From an uncultured Fusibacter sp. (GTDB lineage: Bacteria; Bacillota; Clostridia; Peptostreptococcales; Acidaminobacteraceae): 24,000 nucleotides of DNA. Positions 1 to 8,884 of the stretch are shown here, one piece after another. The stretch lies in the NCBI GenBank assembly GCA_964522015.1, contig CAZFST010000012.1, positions 17,605 to 41,604 of the forward strand, written 5' to 3'. A model generated the notes under the pieces. The model was not told the origin of the DNA. It did no database searches and was given only the letters and a program-made list of their open reading frames with translations. How positions within the stretch are numbered: position 1 is the stretch's first letter; every line of letters begins with the position of its first letter. The position numbers and the translations under genes are program-made.

Positions 1-271
1 AAAAGAAGAATGTCACTTTGTACCACTTGTCCCTAAATAACCACATCATAATCATCAACGACAAACCCAAATTAATGAGCATTCTAAAAGTACTATCAGT
101 TGGTATAGTTGAATCAACAAATCGCCCTACAAAAGCAATACCCAATAATGCGGCTATTTGTGACCATTTAGATGACTGATGACGTTTTAAAAACGACATC
201 ATAAAATAGTAACTGGTTAACAATTCTACAAACCCAGAGGTTAGTAACAATACGTTCTTAAACATCACCAT
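1..271 (-). CDS. Partial membrane protein, probably the N-terminal transmembrane sensor region of an AgrC-like histidine kinase; runs off the window
   Basis: Absent from the ORF track because the window edge truncates it. The reverse-strand frame is open from the ATG at 269-271 to base 1 (90 codons, MVMFKNVLLLTSGFVELLTSYYFMMSFLKRHQSSKWSQIAALLGIAFVGRF...MIMMWLF...). AAAGGAG lies 7 nt upstream of the ATG. The sequence has hydrophobic helix-like segments. It starts 24 nt after the LytTR regulator stop, the usual place for the cognate kinase. The kinase domain is outside the window, so the call is contextual. Confidence 0.4.
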   Translation of the reverse strand, partial: MVMFKNVLLLTSGFVELLTSYYFMMSFLKRHQSSKWSQIAALLGIAFVGRFVDSTIPTDSTFRMLINLGLSLMIMMWLFRDKWYKVTFFF

Positions 272-295
272 ATGTAGACTCCTTTGATTGTTTTT

Positions 296-1015
296 CTAAG
301 AAATCTCTGAGATGATTCGCTCTTTAACGCTCTTAATATGTGCCTTGCTCACTGGCAGGCTCACATCACATGCTGCTATGTAGATTTCATTATTACGATA
401 ATAGCTGACTTTTGATGCACTGATTAGGTAGCTTTGATGGCATCTTAAAAACCGAGCCATATCCAGCTTCTCTTCAAGTTCTTGATAAGAGGCATAAAAC
501 TCAATCTCGCCGCCTTTATAGACGAGTTTGATTTTACGGAGATTCTTTTCAAAGTAATAAATATCATAGTATTTTATAGTGAAATTACCTTCTTTTGTGT
601 CAATATGTAAAACTTCGTTTTGATCCTGCTGAATTAATTTTAGTCGCTGGACGACGGTAAGCATGATTTCGTTAAACCTTTTGTAGGCAATGGGTTTAAG
701 CAGGTAATGATAGGCACGCACACCAAAAGCGTCAAATGCGTAATCCTTATACCCGGTGATATATATTAAAATAGGTTCATCTACCAGCTCTCGGATTAAG
801 CGTCCACAGTCAAGGCCATTCATGCCCGGCATCTCGACATCCATCAAAAATACATCATATCGCTTGCCACTTTTCAAAGCCTGTAGCAAGCTTTCAGCAT
901 TTTGATGGACGTCCAGGGTATAGGGTGTCTTTTGTGCCGAAAAGAACATGGTTAGGTAATGTTTTAAAATTTGAACTTGTTCTGGCTGATCCTCGCAAAT
1001 TGAAATTAAGTACAT
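296..1015 (-). CDS. LytTR-family response regulator (AgrA-like)
   Basis: 239 aa. The N-terminal receiver has the acidic start (ICEDQ) and the phospho-acceptor context YDVFLMDVEMPGMNGL, plus LLKP. The C-terminal half has the LytTR pattern (IYYFE...FLRCHQSYLIS...). GGAGG lies 5 nt upstream of the ATG. Confidence 0.9.
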   Translation of the reverse strand: MYLISICEDQPEQVQILKHYLTMFFSAQKTPYTLDVHQNAESLLQALKSGKRYDVFLMDVEMPGMNGLDCGRLIRELVDEPILIYITGYKDYAFDAFGVRAYHYLLKPIAYKRFNEIMLTVVQRLKLIQQDQNEVLHIDTKEGNFTIKYYDIYYFEKNLRKIKLVYKGGEIEFYASYQELEEKLDMARFLRCHQSYLISASKVSYYRNNEIYIAACDVSLPVSKAHIKSVKERIISEIS

Positions 1016-1080
1016 TTTGCCCTCCTAAAGCGTCTGCTATTAGTCGGCTCTTCTCGTTTCTCTACAGAGCTCATGTACTA

Positions 1081-1109
1081 TATTTAGCATACCTAGGCCC
1101 CCCTGTCAA
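1081..1109 (-). promoter_or_regulatory. Sigma-A type promoter for the regulator/kinase pair
   Basis: On the minus strand: TTGACA (1104-1109), a 17-nt spacer, then TAAATA (1081-1086). It sits about 65 nt upstream of the regulator ATG. The near-consensus hexamers suggest activator-independent expression. Confidence 0.5.
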
Positions 1110-1216
1110 TGAATGGTTTTAATAATTTTCTGAAAGTTCGCAACTATCGCTATCAATTCAATGAACCTAGATCAATATCTCAGTTTTCAGCTCATCTTTT
1201 CAGTGAATATCGGCCA

Positions 1217-2233
1217 CTAACAATGGGGGCAATCCACTTCCCGGTGAAAAATATCACTTCTTCCCGCAAGTGTGGACTTATCAATCACAAACACTTGATT
1301 AAATGGAATTTGAGCATCTTCCAATAAAAATCTAAAATGGTCACCCTGTGTATACAGTATGATTCGGGTAATGAAGCCCATCAGGATATTGCGAAAAGCT
1401 AATGACAGACTATTAGGTGCAAAATTCTCTCCATAGGTATTATGCCACTGTGAAAGACATGCTAAACAGCCGCTTTCCTTAGGTATTACCAAGGGTCCCA
1501 TTAGGATCGATTGCTCGTCAATCGTCATAAAAAGGACTCTCTGATTTAAAGTTTGTGCCATTTCATTAATCTCAAATAACCATTCCCGATTTTTCTCTTC
1601 TTTAGGCGCTAAATGCAATACCCAAGGTTTATTGGCAACTTGTGTCTTCACTTCTGATGCCTCAATTACCGTAATTTGATTCCCAAATTTCTTTTGAAGA
1701 TGCACGGACTTCAGTTGACCAAGTTGATTGACTTGAAAAAGTGAATTGTTGAGGTCAGCAACTTCTACGGTTTCTCCATAGTTAACCATCAATACACATC
1801 CTGCACCTTGTTTTCTCAAGAGTTCAACTAAATCCAGTGCCAGTATCCCCAAGCCATGAATGACAAAAGTACTTTGGGCCAGAGGCGTCACATCAAAATG
1901 TGCCGTCGGCAAGAATTTATTGATCTGGAGGGTATCCTGTAAAGTAGCCCAGTCATATGAAAACTTTGCCGCCTCTACACTGATCTCAATAAACATCTCG
2001 GGATATTTACCATACAGTTTGCCCATCAGAGGACCAAAGGTCCCTTCCAGTAGAGCACCAAGTCTGACTGGTAAGCGGATGGCATGTTGTAAAGCTGCTA
2101 AATTGACCGCATAAGGTATGCGTAGTACTGCTAAAGACTTTTCCGTATCATAAACCATCAAATGATCAGAATGATCTTGAAAAAAAACATATCTTGAATT
2201 CCACTGCACAATTTGAACTGCTTCCCCTGACAT
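1217..2233 (-). CDS. E1/ThiF-like (SagC-type) azoline-synthetase partner protein with a CxxC...CxxC zinc site
   Basis: 338 aa. It has a Rossmann-like stretch (VIHGLGILALDLVELLRKQGAG), a GPLVIPKESGCLACL motif typical of E1-like cyclodehydratase partners, and a C-terminal CPHC. GGAGG lies 4 nt upstream. It is the last gene of the biosynthetic operon. Confidence 0.5.
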   Translation of the reverse strand: MSGEAVQIVQWNSRYVFFQDHSDHLMVYDTEKSLAVLRIPYAVNLAALQHAIRLPVRLGALLEGTFGPLMGKLYGKYPEMFIEISVEAAKFSYDWATLQDTLQINKFLPTAHFDVTPLAQSTFVIHGLGILALDLVELLRKQGAGCVLMVNYGETVEVADLNNSLFQVNQLGQLKSVHLQKKFGNQITVIEASEVKTQVANKPWVLHLAPKEEKNREWLFEINEMAQTLNQRVLFMTIDEQSILMGPLVIPKESGCLACLSQWHNTYGENFAPNSLSLAFRNILMGFITRIILYTQGDHFRFLLEDAQIPFNQVFVIDKSTLAGRSDIFHREVDCPHC

Positions 2234-2242
2234 AATGCCTCC

Positions 2243-3082
2243 TTATCCCACCACAAAAACGTACATGGCCGTTTGAAATGGGGCCTCAAGTTTCAGATAA
2301 TCATTGATACGTTCTTCAAAAAAACCACCCAAGGGAACCGATTTCAGACCCATCATTTCGCAGACAAGCATGATGTTTTGACCGATATGGCCTAATTCTT
2401 GGTATATTAGACGATAGGATAGGGAGTTATACTTCTTCTCTATAAATCGCGTATTACCCACTAACACCACTAAAAACTGTGCATCGTCAAATGGATATAG
2501 CCCAAATTCTGAAGCCGATGTCAAGCGGTTAAGTTCACTCAAGTTCACAGGGTGCAGTGCACTTAGAATCGTATTCTTTTCTTCAAGTCTATATGCGCAA
2601 GCCTCTCCCATGACCTGGGAGCGACTTGCCAGCTTTTCAGTCGGTAATAAGTAAATATCAACGGGATAAAACCTCCCCCCCGAAGGATAAGTCCGGGTCT
2701 GTTCCTTTGCATCGCTTTGTCCAAATGCATAGCCCATAAAGTCCAATAGATTCTGGTCTGACAAGGCTGAGTTCTTAAAGTTCCAAGAACTTCTACGCCC
2801 TAACAGGGCCTGACTCAGCGGCATTTCAAAAGGTGACAGTTCAGAAATAGTCGGCAAATGTGCTACCTCCCGACTTGGCACAAAGGGGGTGCTAATCCCC
2901 TTTAACCGGTCTTGATAATCACTTTTAGGCGCTCTTATTGACTGAGTGTGGGGAGAATGTTTTGAGTTCTCGTGATACATGCGGTAGAGATACGTTTGAG
3001 CATCACTTGCCCCCGAAAAATCCCACAGCGCCCCGCCCTTTGGCTGTGGACTTTGTACTTGTATTTCTTTGATCATCATCAT
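2243..3082 (-). CDS. SagB-type / nitroreductase-fold FMN dehydrogenase (short form)
   Basis: 279 aa. RTYPSGGRFYPVDIYLL matches the SagB-type dehydrogenase signature (PSxGxxyPxeiY). Its ATG overlaps the upstream stop (TAATG), indicating translational coupling. Confidence 0.7.
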   Translation of the reverse strand: MMMIKEIQVQSPQPKGGALWDFSGASDAQTYLYRMYHENSKHSPHTQSIRAPKSDYQDRLKGISTPFVPSREVAHLPTISELSPFEMPLSQALLGRRSSWNFKNSALSDQNLLDFMGYAFGQSDAKEQTRTYPSGGRFYPVDIYLLPTEKLASRSQVMGEACAYRLEEKNTILSALHPVNLSELNRLTSASEFGLYPFDDAQFLVVLVGNTRFIEKKYNSLSYRLIYQELGHIGQNIMLVCEMMGLKSVPLGGFFEERINDYLKLEAPFQTAMYVFVVG

Positions 3083-3966
3083 TAACCAACCCGTCTTTCG
3101 TGAATCAAAGCGCTTACTTCAGACAATAAAAACTCAAATTGGGGCGAAACACCTAGTCGATTATTGGTCATGTGAATGTGTGAGGCCAATAGACTATTTC
3201 TTGCAATCATCCCATCAGGATATGTGGTTTGCTGCGTTAAAATTGCCTCTAAAGCCGCTTTAAGACATTGGTGCCACTTGGCATAGGGTGTCTGTGAAAT
3301 GGCACCGATGATCTGTCGCTGCCGTTCTTGATAGACCTTCATATAGTCAAAAATCAGTTTGTTATAGTTTAAGTGTTCAGATTTATGACTTGACCAAATC
3401 TGGCTATAAATATGATAAAACTGACTTTGATTTTCTGCTAAGCAGGCTGCAATTTGAAAAAGGTCTAAGCTGATAATCATTTTTTTGGAGATTGTCATTT
3501 TTGGATCTTTCAATAGCTCTAATACTAAATCACTGGATGCCTCAAATAGACGTTCGGAATGGTCCATGACTCCTTGACCACCATACCGTTCAAACTCTGG
3601 TTCATAAGGTTTTGCAACAACACTGCCTGAAGAAAACCAATAAAGTGCATTGGCTGAAACGGGAACACCATCAAATGTGTGATTTTGATAGTACTGTTCA
3701 GATTCAAGGCTTATATTATTGGGATAGGCGCGATTAAATCGGTCAAAGGCACTTAAAATTGCCATCTCAACACCCATATCCTCAGATTGTGTCTTAATAA
3801 ATCGCAAGCGAATATGGGGACCTCCCTGCCAGTACCGTATAAAAAAATACTGCTGCAATCGCTTATCTTCCTTGAGTGTTTCTAATGCCAGTTGCAGATA
3901 GTCTCGTAAAAAGATATCTTGAATCTCGTATGTGTGAATAAAAAAGTGAAAAGCAAGCCAGTTCAT
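3082..3966 (-). CDS. SpaB_C-fold (thiopeptide-type bacteriocin biosynthesis domain) protein; candidate [4+2] pyridine synthase
   Basis: FFIRYWQGGPHIRLRF matches the hallmark FxRY..GGPHxRLR motif of the LanB C-terminal/thiopeptide-type domain. I place the start at the ATG at 3964-3966 (MNWLAFHFF...), which has AGGAGG 7 nt upstream, rather than the track start at 4011. About 294 aa, similar in size to TclM/TbtD-type enzymes. Confidence 0.6.
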   Translation of the reverse strand: MNWLAFHFFIHTYEIQDIFLRDYLQLALETLKEDKRLQQYFFIRYWQGGPHIRLRFIKTQSEDMGVEMAILSAFDRFNRAYPNNISLESEQYYQNHTFDGVPVSANALYWFSSGSVVAKPYEPEFERYGGQGVMDHSERLFEASSDLVLELLKDPKMTISKKMIISLDLFQIAACLAENQSQFYHIYSQIWSSHKSEHLNYNKLIFDYMKVYQERQRQIIGAISQTPYAKWHQCLKAALEAILTQQTTYPDGMIARNSLLASHIHMTNNRLGVSPQFEFLLSEVSALIHERRVG

Positions 3967-3970
3967 GATG

Positions 3971-5452
3971 TCACCTCCTTTTTGGTAACAGCAATGGTAC
4001 AACATTTCCAATCGGTAAATTCAAATGCCGGCTATTCCCCTTGCCAATTAGTATGGCATAGAGTATCCGTTGATCTGAAGCCAGTAGAAGTGTTGATTCC
4101 AAATATTCATCATTAAAATTCTTAATAGGTCTTGCATATAGATCGAATTGAGAAGCTACTAAACAGATGTACTGTGCTATTTCGCCACTATTTAGATGAT
4201 GGTAATAGCAGTGGTCTTGATCGGACCAGTCCTCCTGATCACTAGCTACAATAAAAATGACCATTGGATGACTTGCCATATTAAAGTAGTGATGAGAATC
4301 ATTTAAAATTTTGTCGGGTTCGGCACTCACTTCCTGACTGTGGCCAATAACATCTGGAAGCGACCTAACAGGCACTAATCCTCCCTGGTTGGTTAATTGA
4401 AAAATATGCATCGCCTTTTCAGAACTTCCCATTTCGGAACTTTCCGTCTCAGGACTTTCCCTTAAAGCAGCATAAATTGACAGTGTCCCAGATGGACCTC
4501 TCTGCTGCTTCAACATTTCTGAAAGTGTACTGAAGAAGTGATGATAGGTTTCTTTGGATAGACTTGTCCAAAGACTATGGAGGCCCATGTGCGTATGATG
4601 TGATTCTCTAGCCTTGATTTGTGCCATCATCCTATCAAGGGAATCTGCCTTTTCTACCCGGTAGGTTTTTGTGACTTGCTTTTGAGGTTGATGGCAATGG
4701 TGCCTCAAAGTTTCAACCTCTTGATACGCCGAGATTTCAGTGGTATAGTCTTCTCGGCGCTCTATGGCCGGTTGGGATATGTTCCCGTGATGCCATGGAT
4801 AAAACTTGGTTAGAGACGAGATTCGAAGCGAAAAAACAACCATCTGGTTATTCGATTTATCTCCAATGGCTGTTAAAAACGCCTCCCGATTTTTGAGAAA
4901 GTCCACATGGTAGGTTAAATCCTCAGCGCTACCCAATAGAAATTTCAATTGACCAAGAATATGACCTGCATCCAGCATGGCAAGTGCTGCACCAAATGCG
5001 CCATAGTACTTCATAATCCGCCATAAATCGGCTACCACAATGATTTCGATATCTGAATCATTGACTTGAGTATGGGTTCCATCCAAAGGTTCTGGATTCA
5101 AACCCGCTAGCCACTCAAAGTCATTTAACTTCGGATTGAATCGTAAAATATTGCCATTGAGGTACAAGTAGCCCTGGTTAGGATGCATATTGCGGGCGGA
5201 AGGGACTGCCTTATGGAAAATATAGGGGTTATCACTTTGCTGGTTCAAGATCCCAAACGTCCAAGTATAAAGTGACTTCAGCCATGACCACTGCGGGTCA
5301 TTGATGCAACTTGAGATAGTCACCGGGTAGACAGCGCCCTTGATATCCGTTATCAGGTGGTCAACAAATGTGACGGATGGTTGCTTTTTATGGGTTTGAT
5401 AGCGCAACCGGGTCATGTTTTGGTAAATAGTCAGTTCTGACGTCGCTTTCAC
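3971..5452 (-). CDS. SagB-type azoline dehydrogenase (long, two-lobed nitroreductase fold)
   Basis: 493 aa. AVPSARNMHPNQGYLYL matches the SagB-type PSxxxxhPxxxY signature. The start is uncertain. The track start is a GTG fused directly to GGAG, which is bad spacing, and the next ATG (5414-5416) has no SD. The gene may be translationally coupled to the YcaO stop at 5457. Confidence 0.65.
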   Translation of the reverse strand: MKATSELTIYQNMTRLRYQTHKKQPSVTFVDHLITDIKGAVYPVTISSCINDPQWSWLKSLYTWTFGILNQQSDNPYIFHKAVPSARNMHPNQGYLYLNGNILRFNPKLNDFEWLAGLNPEPLDGTHTQVNDSDIEIIVVADLWRIMKYYGAFGAALAMLDAGHILGQLKFLLGSAEDLTYHVDFLKNREAFLTAIGDKSNNQMVVFSLRISSLTKFYPWHHGNISQPAIERREDYTTEISAYQEVETLRHHCHQPQKQVTKTYRVEKADSLDRMMAQIKARESHHTHMGLHSLWTSLSKETYHHFFSTLSEMLKQQRGPSGTLSIYAALRESPETESSEMGSSEKAMHIFQLTNQGGLVPVRSLPDVIGHSQEVSAEPDKILNDSHHYFNMASHPMVIFIVASDQEDWSDQDHCYYHHLNSGEIAQYICLVASQFDLYARPIKNFNDEYLESTLLLASDQRILYAILIGKGNSRHLNLPIGNVVPLLLPKRR

Positions 5453-5456
5453 CTCC

Positions 5457-7223
5457 TCAAGGAAAAGGATGGGGACAAAGATTGAGTTGCTCTAACGAGA
5501 TGGCCTTTTCTCTAAGACCTGCATAAACTGGAGCCGTTGCAATTCTTTCAAAATTGATACGCCTGTTTTGGTGCCCAAATGTCATGGTTAACATAGATGG
5601 CACAATGGATTTGACGCAACTTAGGTCCATGGTTTGTGTCAAGGTATTCTCCATATTAGCGATATAGACAGTTGGGTGGTAGGGCTTGAAGCGGCTGATA
5701 ACCTTATCAAGGGTTACGACCTCTCTTGGTGAGTGATTATACCAATCTGGAAATGCTTTTTTAAAAGCCGCCACATTAGGCGTGTTTATTGCAAAATCCA
5801 AGTGATGATGGTGCGCTGCCAGTCCATGAAAATAGACATGTTGTTCCATTTCTCGTACCTTATTTGGCTTGTTCAGCAGCGATGCCATGATCTCTTGTTT
5901 ATCTGGTGTTGCTAGTAATTTGTTATAGACTGATAAAGAAGTGATTATCTCCACAAGTGCGGCTTCCAAAGCCTTTTCTGGGTCCAGATGTGCCCCTGCC
6001 GCTGTATAAGATTTGAGCGCCCCAGTTCCCTCTTTATCCACCACAAGTGCCCAAATTGCAGGTATCTTTGTCTCCAGTGTGATGTTGAAAATTGAAATAC
6101 TGTACCCTTGAGTTTCAATGTATTGGATCATTCTCATAATCTCGACATTATCTAAATCCTCTAGGGTTAAGCGAATTGGTGGCAGTCCGTTATACCAGTG
6201 AACTAAAAAGCTATCTCGCTCAACGACTTCAAATAAACTAAACACAATTGCTTCTTCTAAAGTACCCCCGACAGCACAGCCATTTGAGGTTTCGTACAAA
6301 AAACGGGCTTCAGGTGCGACTTCTTGATTGTCAAAATAAACCGCCTGTTCTGGCAAATAAACCGTCTCTTGCTTAAAATAGTCAAGGCAGGGGGTCCATC
6401 TATAGCTCCCTTTAGCATCATATGGTTTTAGGGCAAAACCTGGTTCTAAAAATTGTTGTTCAGTCGGTAGCGATAGGGTTTCCGGGTTGCAAATTTTCTT
6501 GGTTTTTGATAGTTCTTGATAGCTCCCACACAGAGGCGCTTTTAGATGTGGCACCATGGAGGCATACCGTTCAATCATTTCTAATGCGGCTCCATATTTT
6601 GCATGGGTTAAATCAGGTGTTCTGCCATATGAAAAATACTGTCGTTTACCCATCCTTGAATCAATGCAATACATGGGCATTACCGCTGAAGAGGCGTCTC
6701 TAAAGATTCGTTTACCAATCCCTGTATGGGGATCAATCAGTTGGTGCAAGGCGAATCCTTCTGGAAATAGGGTCTCTATGGTTTTAAATCGCATGGTGTC
6801 TGGAAATGGTCTATGGCGATCAAGGGTTTGTGCCCCTGCGCTGTTTGTCTGTTCTTCTAGTTGGTGGCTTTCGCAGCGGAAGAAGGGAAGTAATAGATGT
6901 CTTGAGAGAGAGCCATCCTCAGTGCGTCTAATCCAAAGTACATTTTCGCAGTCCTTTTCAACGGCTTGAAGTAGTTGGTAATCAACCGGTTGGTGGATGA
7001 GGGCTTGTTCTTGGATCGCAAGTAGACGCTGGTGGTGTTCACTTTCGTTGGCAGCTAGTACTTCCAGTGCGCAGTTCAAACAGGCGGCTCTTGGTTGACC
7101 ATCTGATAAGACACCGATATAGGTATAGCCAAAGCCTTCATAATAAGCTAAAACTCGATCCCCTTTTGACAGCAGGCTATTGTACCCTTCACGACTTAAG
7201 TTATGGGCAATAATATAGGACAT
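5457..7223 (-). CDS. YcaO cyclodehydratase with an N-terminal E1-like extension
   Basis: 588 aa. YETSNGCAVGGTLEEAIVFSLFEVVERDSF is the canonical YcaO ATP/substrate-site motif (SNGxAxG...EA...E..ERD). The N-terminal portion of about 190 aa carries CLNC and FFRCESH. AAGGTGG lies upstream of the ATG. Confidence 0.9.
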   Translation of the reverse strand: MSYIIAHNLSREGYNSLLSKGDRVLAYYEGFGYTYIGVLSDGQPRAACLNCALEVLAANESEHHQRLLAIQEQALIHQPVDYQLLQAVEKDCENVLWIRRTEDGSLSRHLLLPFFRCESHQLEEQTNSAGAQTLDRHRPFPDTMRFKTIETLFPEGFALHQLIDPHTGIGKRIFRDASSAVMPMYCIDSRMGKRQYFSYGRTPDLTHAKYGAALEMIERYASMVPHLKAPLCGSYQELSKTKKICNPETLSLPTEQQFLEPGFALKPYDAKGSYRWTPCLDYFKQETVYLPEQAVYFDNQEVAPEARFLYETSNGCAVGGTLEEAIVFSLFEVVERDSFLVHWYNGLPPIRLTLEDLDNVEIMRMIQYIETQGYSISIFNITLETKIPAIWALVVDKEGTGALKSYTAAGAHLDPEKALEAALVEIITSLSVYNKLLATPDKQEIMASLLNKPNKVREMEQHVYFHGLAAHHHHLDFAINTPNVAAFKKAFPDWYNHSPREVVTLDKVISRFKPYHPTVYIANMENTLTQTMDLSCVKSIVPSMLTMTFGHQNRRINFERIATAPVYAGLREKAISLEQLNLCPHPFP

Positions 7224-7225
7224 AT

Positions 7226-8884
7226 TTACACCACCTTGCTAAAACGGCCAACAAAAAATCCAGCGGGTGCAATGGCATCTTGATAAACCCATGGTTCTTC
7301 TTTCACTAAAATACCCTTTTCAAAAAGTCTATCCAGTACAACAGCCTTAACACTCTCCATATCTTTAGGCTCTAAGGCCACTGAATCTCTATTGTCCATT
7401 TGAAATTTCCCACCGATTGTCACACCAAAATCCCGTGGTCGATAGTCATCTATTTGTTGTGGTTGTGTGTTTTGTGCATAGCCTATTAGCGTATATAAGC
7501 CCTCTAATATGGCATCTTCTAAGGCATATGTGACCTGGCTTTGCCACATGATATCCAGGGTCTTCTCATTTTGTAGTAAAACTCTACCTACATCTGTACC
7601 AAGCACGGACTGATAATGAACCTTAAGATCTAAGAAAAACTGATTCTTACAATAGTTTTTTAGTGCGGCAGCTTCCTCATTTAACAGAACAGGCACCACA
7701 TCTTGATACACAAATGGTCTTAGGGCACTGATTAATCCAGCTAATTGAAAACTTTGTTCATCTGATTTGCAAATCCAGACCCCCTTTTCTTCTGATAGTT
7801 CTGGTGTAGAGTGATCTTCATGCAGTTCTGGAGCAGCCTGTTTTTCTTGCAAGTAATTTAAAAAACCACTCAACCCATCTGAAATAGCCCGTTCTGCGGC
7901 ATTCAGATAATCTAGGTGAAACCCTACAGATGTATACACTTGCTCACCTCTATGTAAAGTCACCTCGTAACATGCAATTGGGGATTGCTTTGGATATTTA
8001 GCCTTCAAATTTTCGTTTTTGAAAATGTGTGGCATGATACCTTGTAACTGTTCAAATGCAACTACCTGTTCTAATTTTGTACTCGGTACCGAGACCCGTC
8101 TTCGGTGATAAGGTAAGGCAACCGTTGCCATACTCTCACCGATTTCAAAATGATCGACAACACCATCGGCTCGAATAATTCTTGTATTTAGGGCGTTTGA
8201 ACGGATTTCATGTTCAAGGATATGAAAAAGTACGTTCTGTCCAATAATGGCATTGGCAAGTGTCGAATAAAACCGTCCCTCAAGTGGGTATTGTTTAAAT
8301 TGATCCAGGGTCGATTGGTCATAATATTTTAACACTAATAGACCATAGGCATCTCCTACCCTCTTAATCACAAGGACCTTGCTACCACTTTGGAGGCTTG
8401 CCTGAATTAAACTAACATTGTCAACTGATACAATCACCCAATCTGCGTAGTCAGTTGCAACTAAGCAACTGATCCCATGTTCTTGAAAGTAATCCTGTAC
8501 GGAGCACGGGACTGCTGGTTCATCTGCTATGGCAACTTTTATGGCGCTTAACTTATTGAGACAAGCATCGTGATCGGTGTAGTTCATGGTGATGTATTGC
8601 TTTAATGTAGCTGAGAGATTAAATTCTTTTTCGCTGATCTGGTATAGGGTATTCACTTGTATCAGTGCTTTGACCCACCTTTGAATCTCTTCTGAGCTTA
8701 ATTGAACTGTTTCGTATAAACTTTCAATCGTTTGTGGTTGTGAGCACTGACTGATAATCTGCAAGACACCTTGATAAACAGCTTCTGACGCTTTAACTTG
8801 ATAAAACTTTCTATTAACAGTAAGCTGCATTAGAGATGACTGGGCATTGTACCGCACAAATGTATTATGTTTTGATTGGAGCAT
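7226..8884 (-). CDS. Ocin-ThiF-like / leader-binding partner of the YcaO (TclI/TbtF-type)
   Basis: 552 aa. Its stop lies 2 nt before the YcaO ATG. Its size and position match the ThiF-like partner in thiopeptide clusters. The N-terminal portion of about 90 aa could be a winged-helix RRE. I recognised no strong motif, so the call rests on context. Confidence 0.5.
   Translation of the reverse strand: MLQSKHNTFVRYNAQSSLMQLTVNRKFYQVKASEAVYQGVLQIISQCSQPQTIESLYETVQLSSEEIQRWVKALIQVNTLYQISEKEFNLSATLKQYITMNYTDHDACLNKLSAIKVAIADEPAVPCSVQDYFQEHGISCLVATDYADWVIVSVDNVSLIQASLQSGSKVLVIKRVGDAYGLLVLKYYDQSTLDQFKQYPLEGRFYSTLANAIIGQNVLFHILEHEIRSNALNTRIIRADGVVDHFEIGESMATVALPYHRRRVSVPSTKLEQVVAFEQLQGIMPHIFKNENLKAKYPKQSPIACYEVTLHRGEQVYTSVGFHLDYLNAAERAISDGLSGFLNYLQEKQAAPELHEDHSTPELSEEKGVWICKSDEQSFQLAGLISALRPFVYQDVVPVLLNEEAAALKNYCKNQFFLDLKVHYQSVLGTDVGRVLLQNEKTLDIMWQSQVTYALEDAILEGLYTLIGYAQNTQPQQIDDYRPRDFGVTIGGKFQMDNRDSVALEPKDMESVKAVVLDRLFEKGILVKEEPWVYQDAIAPAGFFVGRFSKVV

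Noticed and set aside
1106-1165. A TTCATTGA direct repeat upstream of the regulator promoter, considered as LytTR boxes
   Set aside because: The two copies are 52 bp apart rather than the 21-22 bp phasing of LytTR sites. The second copy simply overlaps the consensus -35 (TTGACA). The repeat does not resemble the CTTACATTT boxes.
925-1327. Plus-strand ORFs at 925-1122 and 1109-1327 spanning the regulator start and the intergenic promoter region
   Set aside because: They run antisense to well-supported minus-strand genes and to the TTGACA-17-TAAATA promoter. They have no RBS and no recognisable motifs.
3967-4011. N-terminal extensions of the track ORFs (4011 for the SpaB_C-like gene; likewise 16600 for the HD gene, 15763 for agrB and 20183 for rubredoxin 1)
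   Set aside because: In each case an internal ATG is preceded by a well-spaced GGAGG/AAGGAG site. The extension lacks an SD or overlaps the upstream gene.
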